Of a stretch of DNA of 64,000 nt, positions 40,640 to 49,637 are shown piece by piece. Source of the DNA: a virus. Positions within the stretch are counted from its first letter, which is position 1. The number at the start of each line of letters is the position of its first letter. A program made the position numbers and the translations under genes. The stretch lies in the IMG/VR virus record IMGVR_UViG_3300042905_004067; one strand, written 5' to 3'. Under the pieces are notes generated by a model. It did not search any database, was not told the DNA's origin, and was given only the letters and a program-made list of their open reading frames with translations.

Positions 40640-41028
40640 AGTTGATTTACCGTTAGTATGAGGGTTTGACTGTTATTATTTTGCTGACTATTATTTAACT
40701 TATATTTAATATCTATAGTCAAGTCTTCTGTAGCACTATTTTCAGATGGGTATCTTATTTCTACAGAATCTACTATAATTCTAGGTTCCAACTGATCTAA
40801 AATGTCTTTAATATCTTGAGACAAAAAAGCCATTTCAGCAGTGGTTGGTTGCTCAAACATCACATTAACCGCATCAGTACCAAAATAATTATTAAAAGGT
40901 CTTTCTCCTTTTTTTGTTAGTACTATATTCTTAATAGACTGAACAATAGAAGAATTATTTGATACAAATGATATATCAGAGTTGTCTACATTTTTCTTGA
41001 AGAAAATTTCTAAATCTCTGTATTTCAT
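40636..41028 (-). CDS. gp25: Baseplate wedge protein gp25
   Basis: SIKNIVLT..GERPF...FG, LEPRI. Confidence 0.9.
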   Translation of the reverse strand: MKYRDLEIFFKKNVDNSDISFVSNNSSIVQSIKNIVLTKKGERPFNNYFGTDAVNVMFEQPTTAEMAFLSQDIKDILDQLEPRIIVDSVEIRYPSENSATEDLTIDIKYKLNNSQQNNNSQTLILTVNQL

Positions 41029-41035
41029 TGATGCC

Positions 41036-44000
41036 TTATTCAGTATTTAGCGTAAGTTTTTTTGCTTTCTTGTTTGGATCTTTGTATTCCGTATCCCGAA
41101 TCAAAATTACATCCATTAAGTGCTTTGTCTTAGCAAAGTCATGTAAAATACTAGAAACTAACCATTTGCCCGAGTAGCGTTTATCTCCAAGATCTAAAGT
41201 TACTACATTACCTGGTCTGAGGGTAAGATCTCCGTTTAGTTTTACTAAAATTTTGTTTGACAGCAATTGCATCATTTGAGCGTTTCTCAATAAGGGTCTT
41301 TCTGGTGGGGTTTGCCAGAAAGTACAATAAGTTTGGGAATATCTCAAATAATCCATATAACGCTCACCGATACATGGACAATTACAATTAAGTGGGTTTT
41401 TGGGATCATTCCAAGCACATCCTAACCAATCTTCACCCAATTTCTCCTCAATCAAAGTACATTCTTTAATTTCTTTTTCTAAATCTTTTAGTTCCTTGTA
41501 AGTTGGTTCGGAACCAGTAACTCCAACTAAAAGTCTATCAGGTCTGAGTTCTTGACATGGGCAATTACACAATGGATTGTCGTCTGGGCAAGGTGCATTA
41601 TTTACTGGGTTTGGATTTGAACAGTTATAATCACCACATGGTCCTTCTATGTCAATTGTTTGACGAGTCATCACCACAAACTGAGCGGCAAAATTGCGAT
41701 CAAAAACAGAGAATTCTTCTTCTAGTTCTGGTGAAACTAAACCATACTCTGTTTCTCCTGTATAATCATTTTTCCAAACTAATTTTTCTAAATTATCTGC
41801 TAGTTCGTGTTTCCATATGGAGGAACCATAATAATAACCATAAAATGATGTTTCATCCTCTGGTTCTACTCTTTCGTTTCTATTTTTTAAATAATTTTCC
41901 CCCAAAATTGTCCAAGAGGAAGTAATTCTATCACTAGTACTTGGTGGAAGTGGAGTTGTGCTTTTAAAATAATTTACATCAATTGGAACTGGTTCATTTG
42001 CATGTATACGAATAGCTGTAGTATTTGAGAGTACAGGAATAGCGTTCATGAAGTCAGTGTCATTAAAATCTTTAAACGCATCCACGGCGTTTAAACTTGT
42101 CCAAGAAGAAACCTCTGCATCTACATATACCTGTGTATAATTTCCGGCCGCGACCTCATATCTCGTAGTGCGATATCGCGCTTTTGGTATTTTAGTATTC
42201 CAAGAACCTCCCTCATAATAAGGAGTACTAAGATTATAATAAGATGAAGGCAGAGCAGTTCTTGCACTTATTGATCTTGGTCTAATATTTGAAAACTCAT
42301 AATAAGATTGTGCCAATGATAGAGGGTTTTTTCTAGTAGTTCTTTGAATCATATCATAGTATAAAATTTCTGTTGTAGTTGTATTGATATTATTAGACGA
42401 TCTCATATAAAAATTAGAAAAATCATCTTGAACTAATCTTTTATTATCGGAATCAGACGAAAAAACATCTCCGATTGAATAACCATATGTTCTCGATTTT
42501 TGATCTAATACTTCTTGTGGTGGATAAAACCGTTTTTCATATAATGGAAAATTATCATTACTGTTATAAATCTTTGAGGCGGAATTAAACCTATTTAATG
42601 GTCTCCTAAAATAATTATCATACCCCCTCACGCCAATCGTGTATAGGCCATTATATGTTGTTGCAATACTAGGCAAATAACCGTAAGTTGCTTCATAAGT
42701 TTCATTAGCAGGTCTCTCATAATATGATTGTGGAAAATGAGAATAACCAGTTTCTATAATATGATTGTCTTTATGATTAGTTAATGCTTTTTTACCAGTA
42801 TTTAAGTTTTGTTTTTTCTTTTTTATTCGTTTAACTGCAACATCAAACCCAAAAGGATCTTGACCAATTACAGATATATTATAGTCTACAGATTTAGTAC
42901 CAAATGGACCTGGTGTTATTAAAACATTATATGGTAAATAATATTCCGAGCCTGGTGTATCATAAAACCCTTGAGGAAAATCATACAAAGTATTAACGCC
43001 AATTGGTGTTTGAAATTCAATTCGCACAAAACTTTCTATTTCTTCTAAAATATTTTCTGTTGGTCTTACTGGTTCTTCATTGCCTTCTATATTTACAAAA
43101 TTTCTAGAATTCAAATAATCGATTGGATTAAAATCAGTAATTCTTTCTAACCCATAAGGAGCAGCAACACAAATTGCAGAATTAAACTGAGATAAATAAG
43201 GATTTCCTTTGTTATTACTAGCCGCCTCTACAAATTCAATTGTAAATGTATAATCGCTAAAATGGTTATTACATGATGATGTTACATCATACCGCCTCCT
43301 AAAACTTATGGAATTATTTGTTTTATTTGTTATACTAAGATCGTCATTATATACAGAATAATAATAAAAATCATAAAAATAATCTGCGAAACCAGATTCT
43401 GAATAAGTAAGAGTTCGAATGTCATCCCACTTTTGTACTTCTAAATTTTGTATTGTTCTTTTTATAATATTATCTGGGGTTAATTCACTGGGATCAGTTC
43501 CAGTAGCAATACGATAATACTCATAAGTCTCTGTAAAAGAATCTTGCCTTGAATCGCAGGTAGGGGAACCAGCAACTGGATACGATCTTTTAATGTCAAC
43601 AGTCATTTTAAACAAATATTGTGCATAATAAGTAAAAACACTATAAGGATTTCTATCTAATGGTCCACCAGAATCTGGACCACCAAAATCTTCAAATAGA
43701 GAAAAAGAAGGATTTGCATTATATCCAATATTTAAATTATATTGTGAATCATAGTGTGGGTGTTTTATTGAAGGATCTATCGAAGAGTCATTATCATAAT
43801 ATATTTCATATGGATAATATGAAGTTGCTCCAACAGGAAATCCTTTAAAAGCAAAATCATTAGACTGCAATTGTTCTTCAGACAATGCTGCTATCCAATT
43901 ATCTACTACTGATTTTTTTGCAAGTTTCTCATATTTACTTCCTCGTATTGGAACTCTTTTAATTGTTTTTATATTAAAAAGATTTAATTTAGAATTATCA

Positions 44001-45964
44001 GCAGTAAAACCTATTTCTTTTGATATAAAGAAGGCTTTTCTGTCTTTAAATTTTTCATAAACTTCTAAAAAGTTCTGTTTTTCCTCTGAAATAATGTTTT
44101 TTAACTTAGAAAAATAATTAGAATTTAAAATTTGTTGTCTATTGGCAATCGCCCGATCACAGTCTCTAAGGTGACGGTTATATCTTGCCTCACTTATGCT
44201 GCCCTCGCCATACGATTCAAAGAAATCACAATCAGGGTTTATTGAACATTCTGATACAAGTCTATTCCAACGTTCAATCATCATTTGTTTGATGTTTTGA
44301 ATTCTAGTTATAGAGGCTTGTAAAAGATCTCTTGCAATATCTACTCTTTTTTCTTCTAAATCATAAAGATATTTTGTTTGCAACGTAGGAGTGTCTACTA
44401 GATGAAACAAATCACCAATTGTTTTATTATAAGGATCACTATCTAGTTCATAACTTAATGTTAGACCCATCGGAAACTGTCTTCCTAAAGTCGAACCATC
44501 TGCAATATCAAAATTAACCATATCACTGAAAGAACCAGCAGCAACAACGCCGTATTCGGGGGTAAATACTGGTTCATTTTCAAGTTGTTCAGTGGGATCT
44601 CTATATCGTGTATCGCAACAAATACTGCAACGATATAATTTCCATTTTTCTTTTAAGTTTTTCTTATTTGCATATTCAATTTTTTTGTCTTTTATTTTTT
44701 GTTTTATTTCTTTTTGAATTATTTGGCATATTTTTCCATCTAATTCAGTTTGATCAAACATTGGTTGCCAAGTTTCAAAACCATCGCGGTTTGAAAAAGT
44801 ATAACCATAATGATCCCACTCTACCGTTTTATCTCTATTGCTATAACTCGGTGAAAAATAACCAGAAATATTGTCATTAATTACATTAGCAACTGTTGGT
44901 TTTGTATCAACACCAGTTTCTAAAAGAGGGTATTTTTCTACTTTTAACCACTTATTGTAATCTTTAAAATAATCAAATGATATTTCTTTTACAGAATGAG
45001 ATTCATTATAGTCTAGTATTTCTCTATATGGATGATCCCATTTTGGTTCAACAAGATAATACTTTGCAGAAAATGCGTTTGATTCAAGTAGTCTTAAATA
45101 ATTTGATTCATTAATTATCTGTAGTTGACGAATATTTCCAGTTTTGGTTGAAACGGTCGATGCAACATACTTTTTATCAGTTTTTTCTTTTAGTAGAGAC
45201 TCAACGCTTCTAAAATTCCAACGATCAATATCTTGCCAAAACATGTAATTACAAGCATATTGATTGCTTTCTGCTACAGAATGTTCGGCTAAAAACTGTA
45301 GAAGTTGAGTTGCTTTAACTGGTCTATTTAATTTACCCCAAGGATACAAAGATTGGTTCTGTTTATACCAAACCCAATTATAAGTGGGTTCGATAAACAT
45401 TGGTTTTTGAGTTGTTCCTTGTTGTTTATTTCCTGATTTAAAGAAATTATTATTAATTACATTTACTAAACCAAGATTATCTTCTCCATCTTTTGATGCT
45501 ATTTTTGTAATAATATCAGCACCAGTAGATCCCGTCAATTCTGAAAATTCTTTATATGAAAGAAGATAATGTTCATAAGAAATAAATTGTATTTCTAATT
45601 TGACAGAAGATATATTTACATCTTGATTTAGTTTGTTATTTTTAATCTGATCTTCTGTTGCCTTTACATTATAAATTTTATAGCGTAAAGATTTATACGA
45701 GTTTGGAATATCTGGATTTTCTATTTTTATAACAACATCTTCAAATCCTGAAAAATTTATTTGTTCTGCTGTAGAATTTAAATCTCGTATTACTAATTTA
45801 CCAACAACGGAAGCTTCAAACATTCCTTCCAATAATTCAAGTGAAACATAAGAAAGTTTTGATGCGTCTGGAAAAATTTGGTAAACTTGACCATCTTTTC
45901 CTATAATTTTTAAATCATGTATTGTTAAATTAATAAGTTCTTGTACAATTTCGCTATTTGACAT
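41036..45964 (-). CDS. Large baseplate hub-like protein (gp27-like ends) with long insertion
   Basis: N-terminal E.MF...V.G...I.D and YMFWQD...NFRSVESL; C-terminal GDLTLRPG...RYSGKWLV..I.H.F; located between gp53 and gp25. Confidence 0.6.
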   Translation of the reverse strand: MSNSEIVQELINLTIHDLKIIGKDGQVYQIFPDASKLSYVSLELLEGMFEASVVGKLVIRDLNSTAEQINFSGFEDVVIKIENPDIPNSYKSLRYKIYNVKATEDQIKNNKLNQDVNISSVKLEIQFISYEHYLLSYKEFSELTGSTGADIITKIASKDGEDNLGLVNVINNNFFKSGNKQQGTTQKPMFIEPTYNWVWYKQNQSLYPWGKLNRPVKATQLLQFLAEHSVAESNQYACNYMFWQDIDRWNFRSVESLLKEKTDKKYVASTVSTKTGNIRQLQIINESNYLRLLESNAFSAKYYLVEPKWDHPYREILDYNESHSVKEISFDYFKDYNKWLKVEKYPLLETGVDTKPTVANVINDNISGYFSPSYSNRDKTVEWDHYGYTFSNRDGFETWQPMFDQTELDGKICQIIQKEIKQKIKDKKIEYANKKNLKEKWKLYRCSICCDTRYRDPTEQLENEPVFTPEYGVVAAGSFSDMVNFDIADGSTLGRQFPMGLTLSYELDSDPYNKTIGDLFHLVDTPTLQTKYLYDLEEKRVDIARDLLQASITRIQNIKQMMIERWNRLVSECSINPDCDFFESYGEGSISEARYNRHLRDCDRAIANRQQILNSNYFSKLKNIISEEKQNFLEVYEKFKDRKAFFISKEIGFTADNSKLNLFNIKTIKRVPIRGSKYEKLAKKSVVDNWIAALSEEQLQSNDFAFKGFPVGATSYYPYEIYYDNDSSIDPSIKHPHYDSQYNLNIGYNANPSFSLFEDFGGPDSGGPLDRNPYSVFTYYAQYLFKMTVDIKRSYPVAGSPTCDSRQDSFTETYEYYRIATGTDPSELTPDNIIKRTIQNLEVQKWDDIRTLTYSESGFADYFYDFYYYSVYNDDLSITNKTNNSISFRRRYDVTSSCNNHFSDYTFTIEFVEAASNNKGNPYLSQFNSAICVAAPYGLERITDFNPIDYLNSRNFVNIEGNEEPVRPTENILEEIESFVRIEFQTPIGVNTLYDFPQGFYDTPGSEYYLPYNVLITPGPFGTKSVDYNISVIGQDPFGFDVAVKRIKKKKQNLNTGKKALTNHKDNHIIETGYSHFPQSYYERPANETYEATYGYLPSIATTYNGLYTIGVRGYDNYFRRPLNRFNSASKIYNSNDNFPLYEKRFYPPQEVLDQKSRTYGYSIGDVFSSDSDNKRLVQDDFSNFYMRSSNNINTTTTEILYYDMIQRTTRKNPLSLAQSYYEFSNIRPRSISARTALPSSYYNLSTPYYEGGSWNTKIPKARYRTTRYEVAAGNYTQVYVDAEVSSWTSLNAVDAFKDFNDTDFMNAIPVLSNTTAIRIHANEPVPIDVNYFKSTTPLPPSTSDRITSSWTILGENYLKNRNERVEPEDETSFYGYYYGSSIWKHELADNLEKLVWKNDYTGETEYGLVSPELEEEFSVFDRNFAAQFVVMTRQTIDIEGPCGDYNCSNPNPVNNAPCPDDNPLCNCPCQELRPDRLLVGVTGSEPTYKELKDLEKEIKECTLIEEKLGEDWLGCAWNDPKNPLNCNCPCIGERYMDYLRYSQTYCTFWQTPPERPLLRNAQMMQLLSNKILVKLNGDLTLRPGNVVTLDLGDKRYSGKWLVSSILHDFAKTKHLMDVILIRDTEYKDPNKKAKKLTLNTE

Positions 45965-45966
45965 AA

Positions 45967-46884
45967 TTATGGAGTTCTAAAAAGTGAGGTTGAAGTAACA
46001 GTTGGGTCATTAAATAAAAGTTTTGCTTTATCTTCGATGAGAGGAACTATACGAGTACTAATTACATTTAATTTTACTTTATCAACATACTCGGATACAG
46101 TTTTTTGTTCATATGTTCGTACTTTAATACCAGTAACAGATAAATTATTTATTACTCTGTAAATTAATGTTTTTTGAAAAGCAGTTTTATCTGATGGACT
46201 GCAAGTATCAACTATAATTTTACTTTCCGATAAAGTTCCGCCTTCGGCTGAAATTAGTGGATTTAAAACTTTGCCGTTATTTGCAAAAATTTGATAAGGA
46301 GAAGAGGCGTAATTTGAATAGCCAAATAAAGTAAAGTCTGTGGATGGTGTTGTACAGAAATTTGTCAAATTAACTTCTTCAATCTGCGAAGAATTTGTCA
46401 ATCTAGACAACCGTTTTATTTTAAATGTTGAAGAAGACAGTCCGGTGGTTGGAAGATTATAATTTTCTTTCAATACGATTTGTTTATAAAAAGGATTCCA
46501 AGATTCTATAATTCCATATGAATTTTCATTTAAATAAAGTATATCATTTGGCAAAATTTCTGCGTTTTCATACACATAAAAAGTTGCTTTTCTCGAATAA
46601 TTGTCTAATAACGTTCCAAGTTCTTCTTGCTGTGATGGCCAATCGCGATTTACATCATATACTTTATTTGCAAGCATCATAATCCAATAATAATCAAACG
46701 TTCCATACTTTGAAAATGATAATCGTTCTGGTCTTAAGATTTTATCAGAGTATTCTTCATAAAATAAATCAGGATTTTGAAAAAAAGAATCCTTTATTCC
46801 AACTTTAATAAACAAATCTGGAACGGTAAATACTCCATTCGAAAAAGTATATTCCATTTTTGGTAACTGTTCAAAGTAACGCAT
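45967..46884 (-). CDS. gp53: Baseplate wedge protein gp53
   Basis: MRYF..LP, RPERLS...YG..DYYWI.ML.N...DWP. Confidence 0.85.
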   Translation of the reverse strand: MRYFEQLPKMEYTFSNGVFTVPDLFIKVGIKDSFFQNPDLFYEEYSDKILRPERLSFSKYGTFDYYWIMMLANKVYDVNRDWPSQQEELGTLLDNYSRKATFYVYENAEILPNDILYLNENSYGIIESWNPFYKQIVLKENYNLPTTGLSSSTFKIKRLSRLTNSSQIEEVNLTNFCTTPSTDFTLFGYSNYASSPYQIFANNGKVLNPLISAEGGTLSESKIIVDTCSPSDKTAFQKTLIYRVINNLSVTGIKVRTYEQKTVSEYVDKVKLNVISTRIVPLIEDKAKLLFNDPTVTSTSLFRTP

Positions 46885-47696
46885 TAAATGATGTCTCCGT
46901 ATCCAGCCGCGGCCCTGCTCATTATTTTTTCTGAGTTTGTGGCATCTCTATACGCTGGTTCTATTTCTAGAAATGCTAATTGAAGATCCAATCCCATATA
47001 ATAATTATTGGTTGTTAAAATAGGAGAAGATGGATCTAATCGATTAACTGTGTAATTCACCAAAAGAGATGGTTGTATTTGGTTCGACAAAACAAATGAT
47101 TTATTTGGTCCAGCGCCTGGAACAATGCTTATTTTCCACATTGCTGGAGGTGTAATTTTATTAAATGTTCTGGATTCTAGTGTCGGATACATTCTGGACT
47201 GAAATCCGTTTGCAATTGCATCAATTATATCCGCATCTTTTCCGTTTTTTGCATATAAACTGAAACCAAAGGAGTGAGCACGTTTTGCCATATTTTTAAA
47301 AGACAAATCACTAAAAGAAACGTCCTGAATAGCAGAACCATTAATTCCGCCCAAAGCACCCATTACATCATTTGGGGAAAATCCCTTCAGTATTGGCAAA
47401 TCCAACACTAATGTTGAAAGTTTACCAACTCCACCACCCGTAAATAAATCTCGAACTCCCTGAAGAGCCATATCTACATTTGATGGTTCTACGTCTTGGT
47501 AATTTGCTGTGTTTGGTGAATTATATCTCTGAAGTGGTAGTATGTAAGAACCAGAATTACCTACAAGTTTTGCTTCTACTCTTTTATCAGGTCTAGTACT
47601 AAAATCTTGTGGTTGAAAACGAACCCAAGCAGCAACTCTTCTTTGATAAGTACTACTGGAGGGATATTGTTCGTTTACTGGTATTGATGTTGGCAT
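46884..47696 (-). CDS. Baseplate tail-tube cap gp48-like
   Basis: F....R.HSF.F.L.AKN..DA, P..W.I, L.L.F.EIE; next to gp53. Confidence 0.7.
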   Translation of the reverse strand: MPTSIPVNEQYPSSSTYQRRVAAWVRFQPQDFSTRPDKRVEAKLVGNSGSYILPLQRYNSPNTANYQDVEPSNVDMALQGVRDLFTGGGVGKLSTLVLDLPILKGFSPNDVMGALGGINGSAIQDVSFSDLSFKNMAKRAHSFGFSLYAKNGKDADIIDAIANGFQSRMYPTLESRTFNKITPPAMWKISIVPGAGPNKSFVLSNQIQPSLLVNYTVNRLDPSSPILTTNNYYMGLDLQLAFLEIEPAYRDATNSEKIMSRAAAGYGDII

Positions 47697-47707
47697 ATCT
47701 ATTTCCT

Positions 47708-48151
47708 ATGGCGTATAAAAGTAAATATAAACCAAAAAATCCACAAAAATACGTTGGCAACCCAAACAACATAATATGTAGATCCTTATGGGAAAGAACC
47801 TTCTGTAAGTATTTAGACGAAAATGCCAATATTATTCGTTGGTCTAGTGAAGAACTACAAATTCCTTATATTTCTCCAGTCGATAACCAAGTTCACATGT
47901 ACTATCCTGACTTTTTATTTGAAATGAAAAAAGAAAGGGAAGTAGAAACAGTGGTTGTGGAAATAAAACCAGAAAAACAAACAAAACAACCAATTAAAGG
48001 CAAAAAAAGTAGTAAAACATTTTTAACTGAAACTATTCAATATGAGATAAATAAGTCTAAATGGCATTCTGCTAAAAATTTTTGTGATAAAAACGGATGG
48101 AAGTTTATGGTTTTGACAGAAAACAACCTTTTTAGAGGAACCACCAAATGA
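47708..48151 (+). CDS. gp4: Head completion nuclease gp4 (TnsA-like)
   Basis: MAYKSKYKPKNPQKY.G, RSLWE, W.SEE..IPY, YYPDF, EIKP; true start at 47708. Confidence 0.92.
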   Translation: MAYKSKYKPKNPQKYVGNPNNIICRSLWERTFCKYLDENANIIRWSSEELQIPYISPVDNQVHMYYPDFLFEMKKEREVETVVVEIKPEKQTKQPIKGKKSSKTFLTETIQYEINKSKWHSAKNFCDKNGWKFMVLTENNLFRGTTK

Positions 48152-48717
48152 GTCTTTACGAACACTCAATCTCCACTCTTCAAAACTATATAAATTCTCA
48201 AGGTGGGATACAACTCCCAAACAGATATCATGTAACAATAAAGAGAAAAGATCAAGATCAACAAGGTGAATTTATCTGTAGTATGTCTCAACTACCATCA
48301 AGAAGAGTTAAAGCATATGCAGATATGTTATCTGGTGTTGCCTCACCAATTGGTATGCCTTATGGGGTTGAATATGTAAATAATCTCATGGAATTTGTAA
48401 TTGAGGAATCTTTTGCGAGCAGAAAATACTTTGAAGATTGGATTTCTTCACTTTTTACTGATGAATTTGGACATTCTGATTCAGATTATGTAAATAGAAT
48501 AAATTTTGTTGAAAATGCAACCGGAGAGATAAAGATAGAAGCATTATCTGTTCAGAATAGAGGAAATTCACCAAAAGTAAATGCTAGATACAAATTGTAT
48601 GAATGTTTTCCTTTAGAATTAATACCAACTAAATTCGATGAAACAATGATGAACTCTACAATGAAATTTACTGTTAATATGTTCTATTCACGTTACACAT
48701 ATGACATGCTTGCATAA
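48148..48717 (+). CDS. Tail-tube-like baseplate protein (gp54-like)
   Basis: GG....NRY, LP.R, YF..W, L.ECFP..L, F.V.M.Y tube-fold motifs. Confidence 0.65.
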   Translation: MSLYEHSISTLQNYINSQGGIQLPNRYHVTIKRKDQDQQGEFICSMSQLPSRRVKAYADMLSGVASPIGMPYGVEYVNNLMEFVIEESFASRKYFEDWISSLFTDEFGHSDSDYVNRINFVENATGEIKIEALSVQNRGNSPKVNARYKLYECFPLELIPTKFDETMMNSTMKFTVNMFYSRYTYDMLA

Positions 48718-48741
48718 CTAATAAATATTATTGAGGTAATT

Positions 48742-49479
48742 ATGCTTAAAGAATTATTGATTGAAAAAACACCAAAATATACTGAAATTTTACCAGTAAC
48801 CCAAAAAAGAGTAACATTTAGACCATTTGTTGTTAGAGAAGAAAAAAATCTCATGATAGCAAAGGAAACTTCATCATTTGATAATTTAATGACAACGGTT
48901 CAAGAAGTAATCAACTCTTGTACCACTGGCATTCCAAATGATGACTGTAAATCTCTACCATTTTGTGATTTAGAATATTTGTTTTTAAAAATAAGAGAAA
49001 AATCGCTAGGAGAAATTGTTGAATGTTATCTAACTTGCCCAGAAACACAGGAACGAGTTGTTTCTTCTATTAATTTACAAAACGTAAAAATATCAAATAA
49101 AAAAATAAATGACAAGATAAAGTTAGATTCGAATATTACAGTTGTAATGAAACAACCAACTCTTGACACTTATTTAAAGTTAAATAAATTCGAATTTAAA
49201 GAAGAAGAAGAGGGAGTGTTAGAATTACTAGCATTGTGTGTTTCTGAAATACATGCAAAAGAAGAAGTTTATTACACAAAAGATGTACCTCACGAAGAAG
49301 TTCAACAGTTTATTGAGTCATTAACTGCAAAACAATTCAAAATATTAGTTTCTTTTTTGAAAGAAATACCAACAATTGAATACACCATACCGTATAAAAC
49401 AAAAGATGGGGTTGAAAGAACACTAACAATAAGAGGATTTTCTGATTTTTTAGAATTATTCTTGGTTATGCCGATTTAA
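48742..49479 (+). CDS. gp26: Baseplate hub assembly protein gp26
   Basis: FRPFVVREEK.L..A, DLEYLFLKIR.KS.GE, G..DF C-terminus. Confidence 0.88.
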   Translation: MLKELLIEKTPKYTEILPVTQKRVTFRPFVVREEKNLMIAKETSSFDNLMTTVQEVINSCTTGIPNDDCKSLPFCDLEYLFLKIREKSLGEIVECYLTCPETQERVVSSINLQNVKISNKKINDKIKLDSNITVVMKQPTLDTYLKLNKFEFKEEEEGVLELLALCVSEIHAKEEVYYTKDVPHEEVQQFIESLTAKQFKILVSFLKEIPTIEYTIPYKTKDGVERTLTIRGFSDFLELFLVMPI

Positions 49480-49625
49480 TCTCTATTTTTAAAATAAATT
49501 TTCAAATATTTTTTGAACATAAAGTGCCAATAGATCAAATAGAGAGAATGCTACCGTGGGAGAGAAATTTATTCGTGGACATGATGAGAAAACATATAGA
49601 AAATCTAAACGAAGAATTAAAATAA
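49446..49625 (+). CDS. gp51-like hub assembly module in the -1 frame of gp26, with no suitable start codon
   Basis: Open -1 frame FFRIILGYADLISIFKINFQIFFEHK..IERMLPWERNLFV; the M.PWER motif is typical of cyanomyovirus gp51; begins at slippery T TTT TTA. Confidence 0.75.
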   Translation, partial: FFRIILGYADLISIFKINFQIFFEHKVPIDQIERMLPWERNLFVDMMRKHIENLNEELK

Positions 49626-49637
49626 TCATCAAAAGCC

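Noticed and set aside
47708-48151. Tn7 TnsA transposase / mobile element
   Set aside because: This is the core T4 gp4 head-completion nuclease in its usual context.
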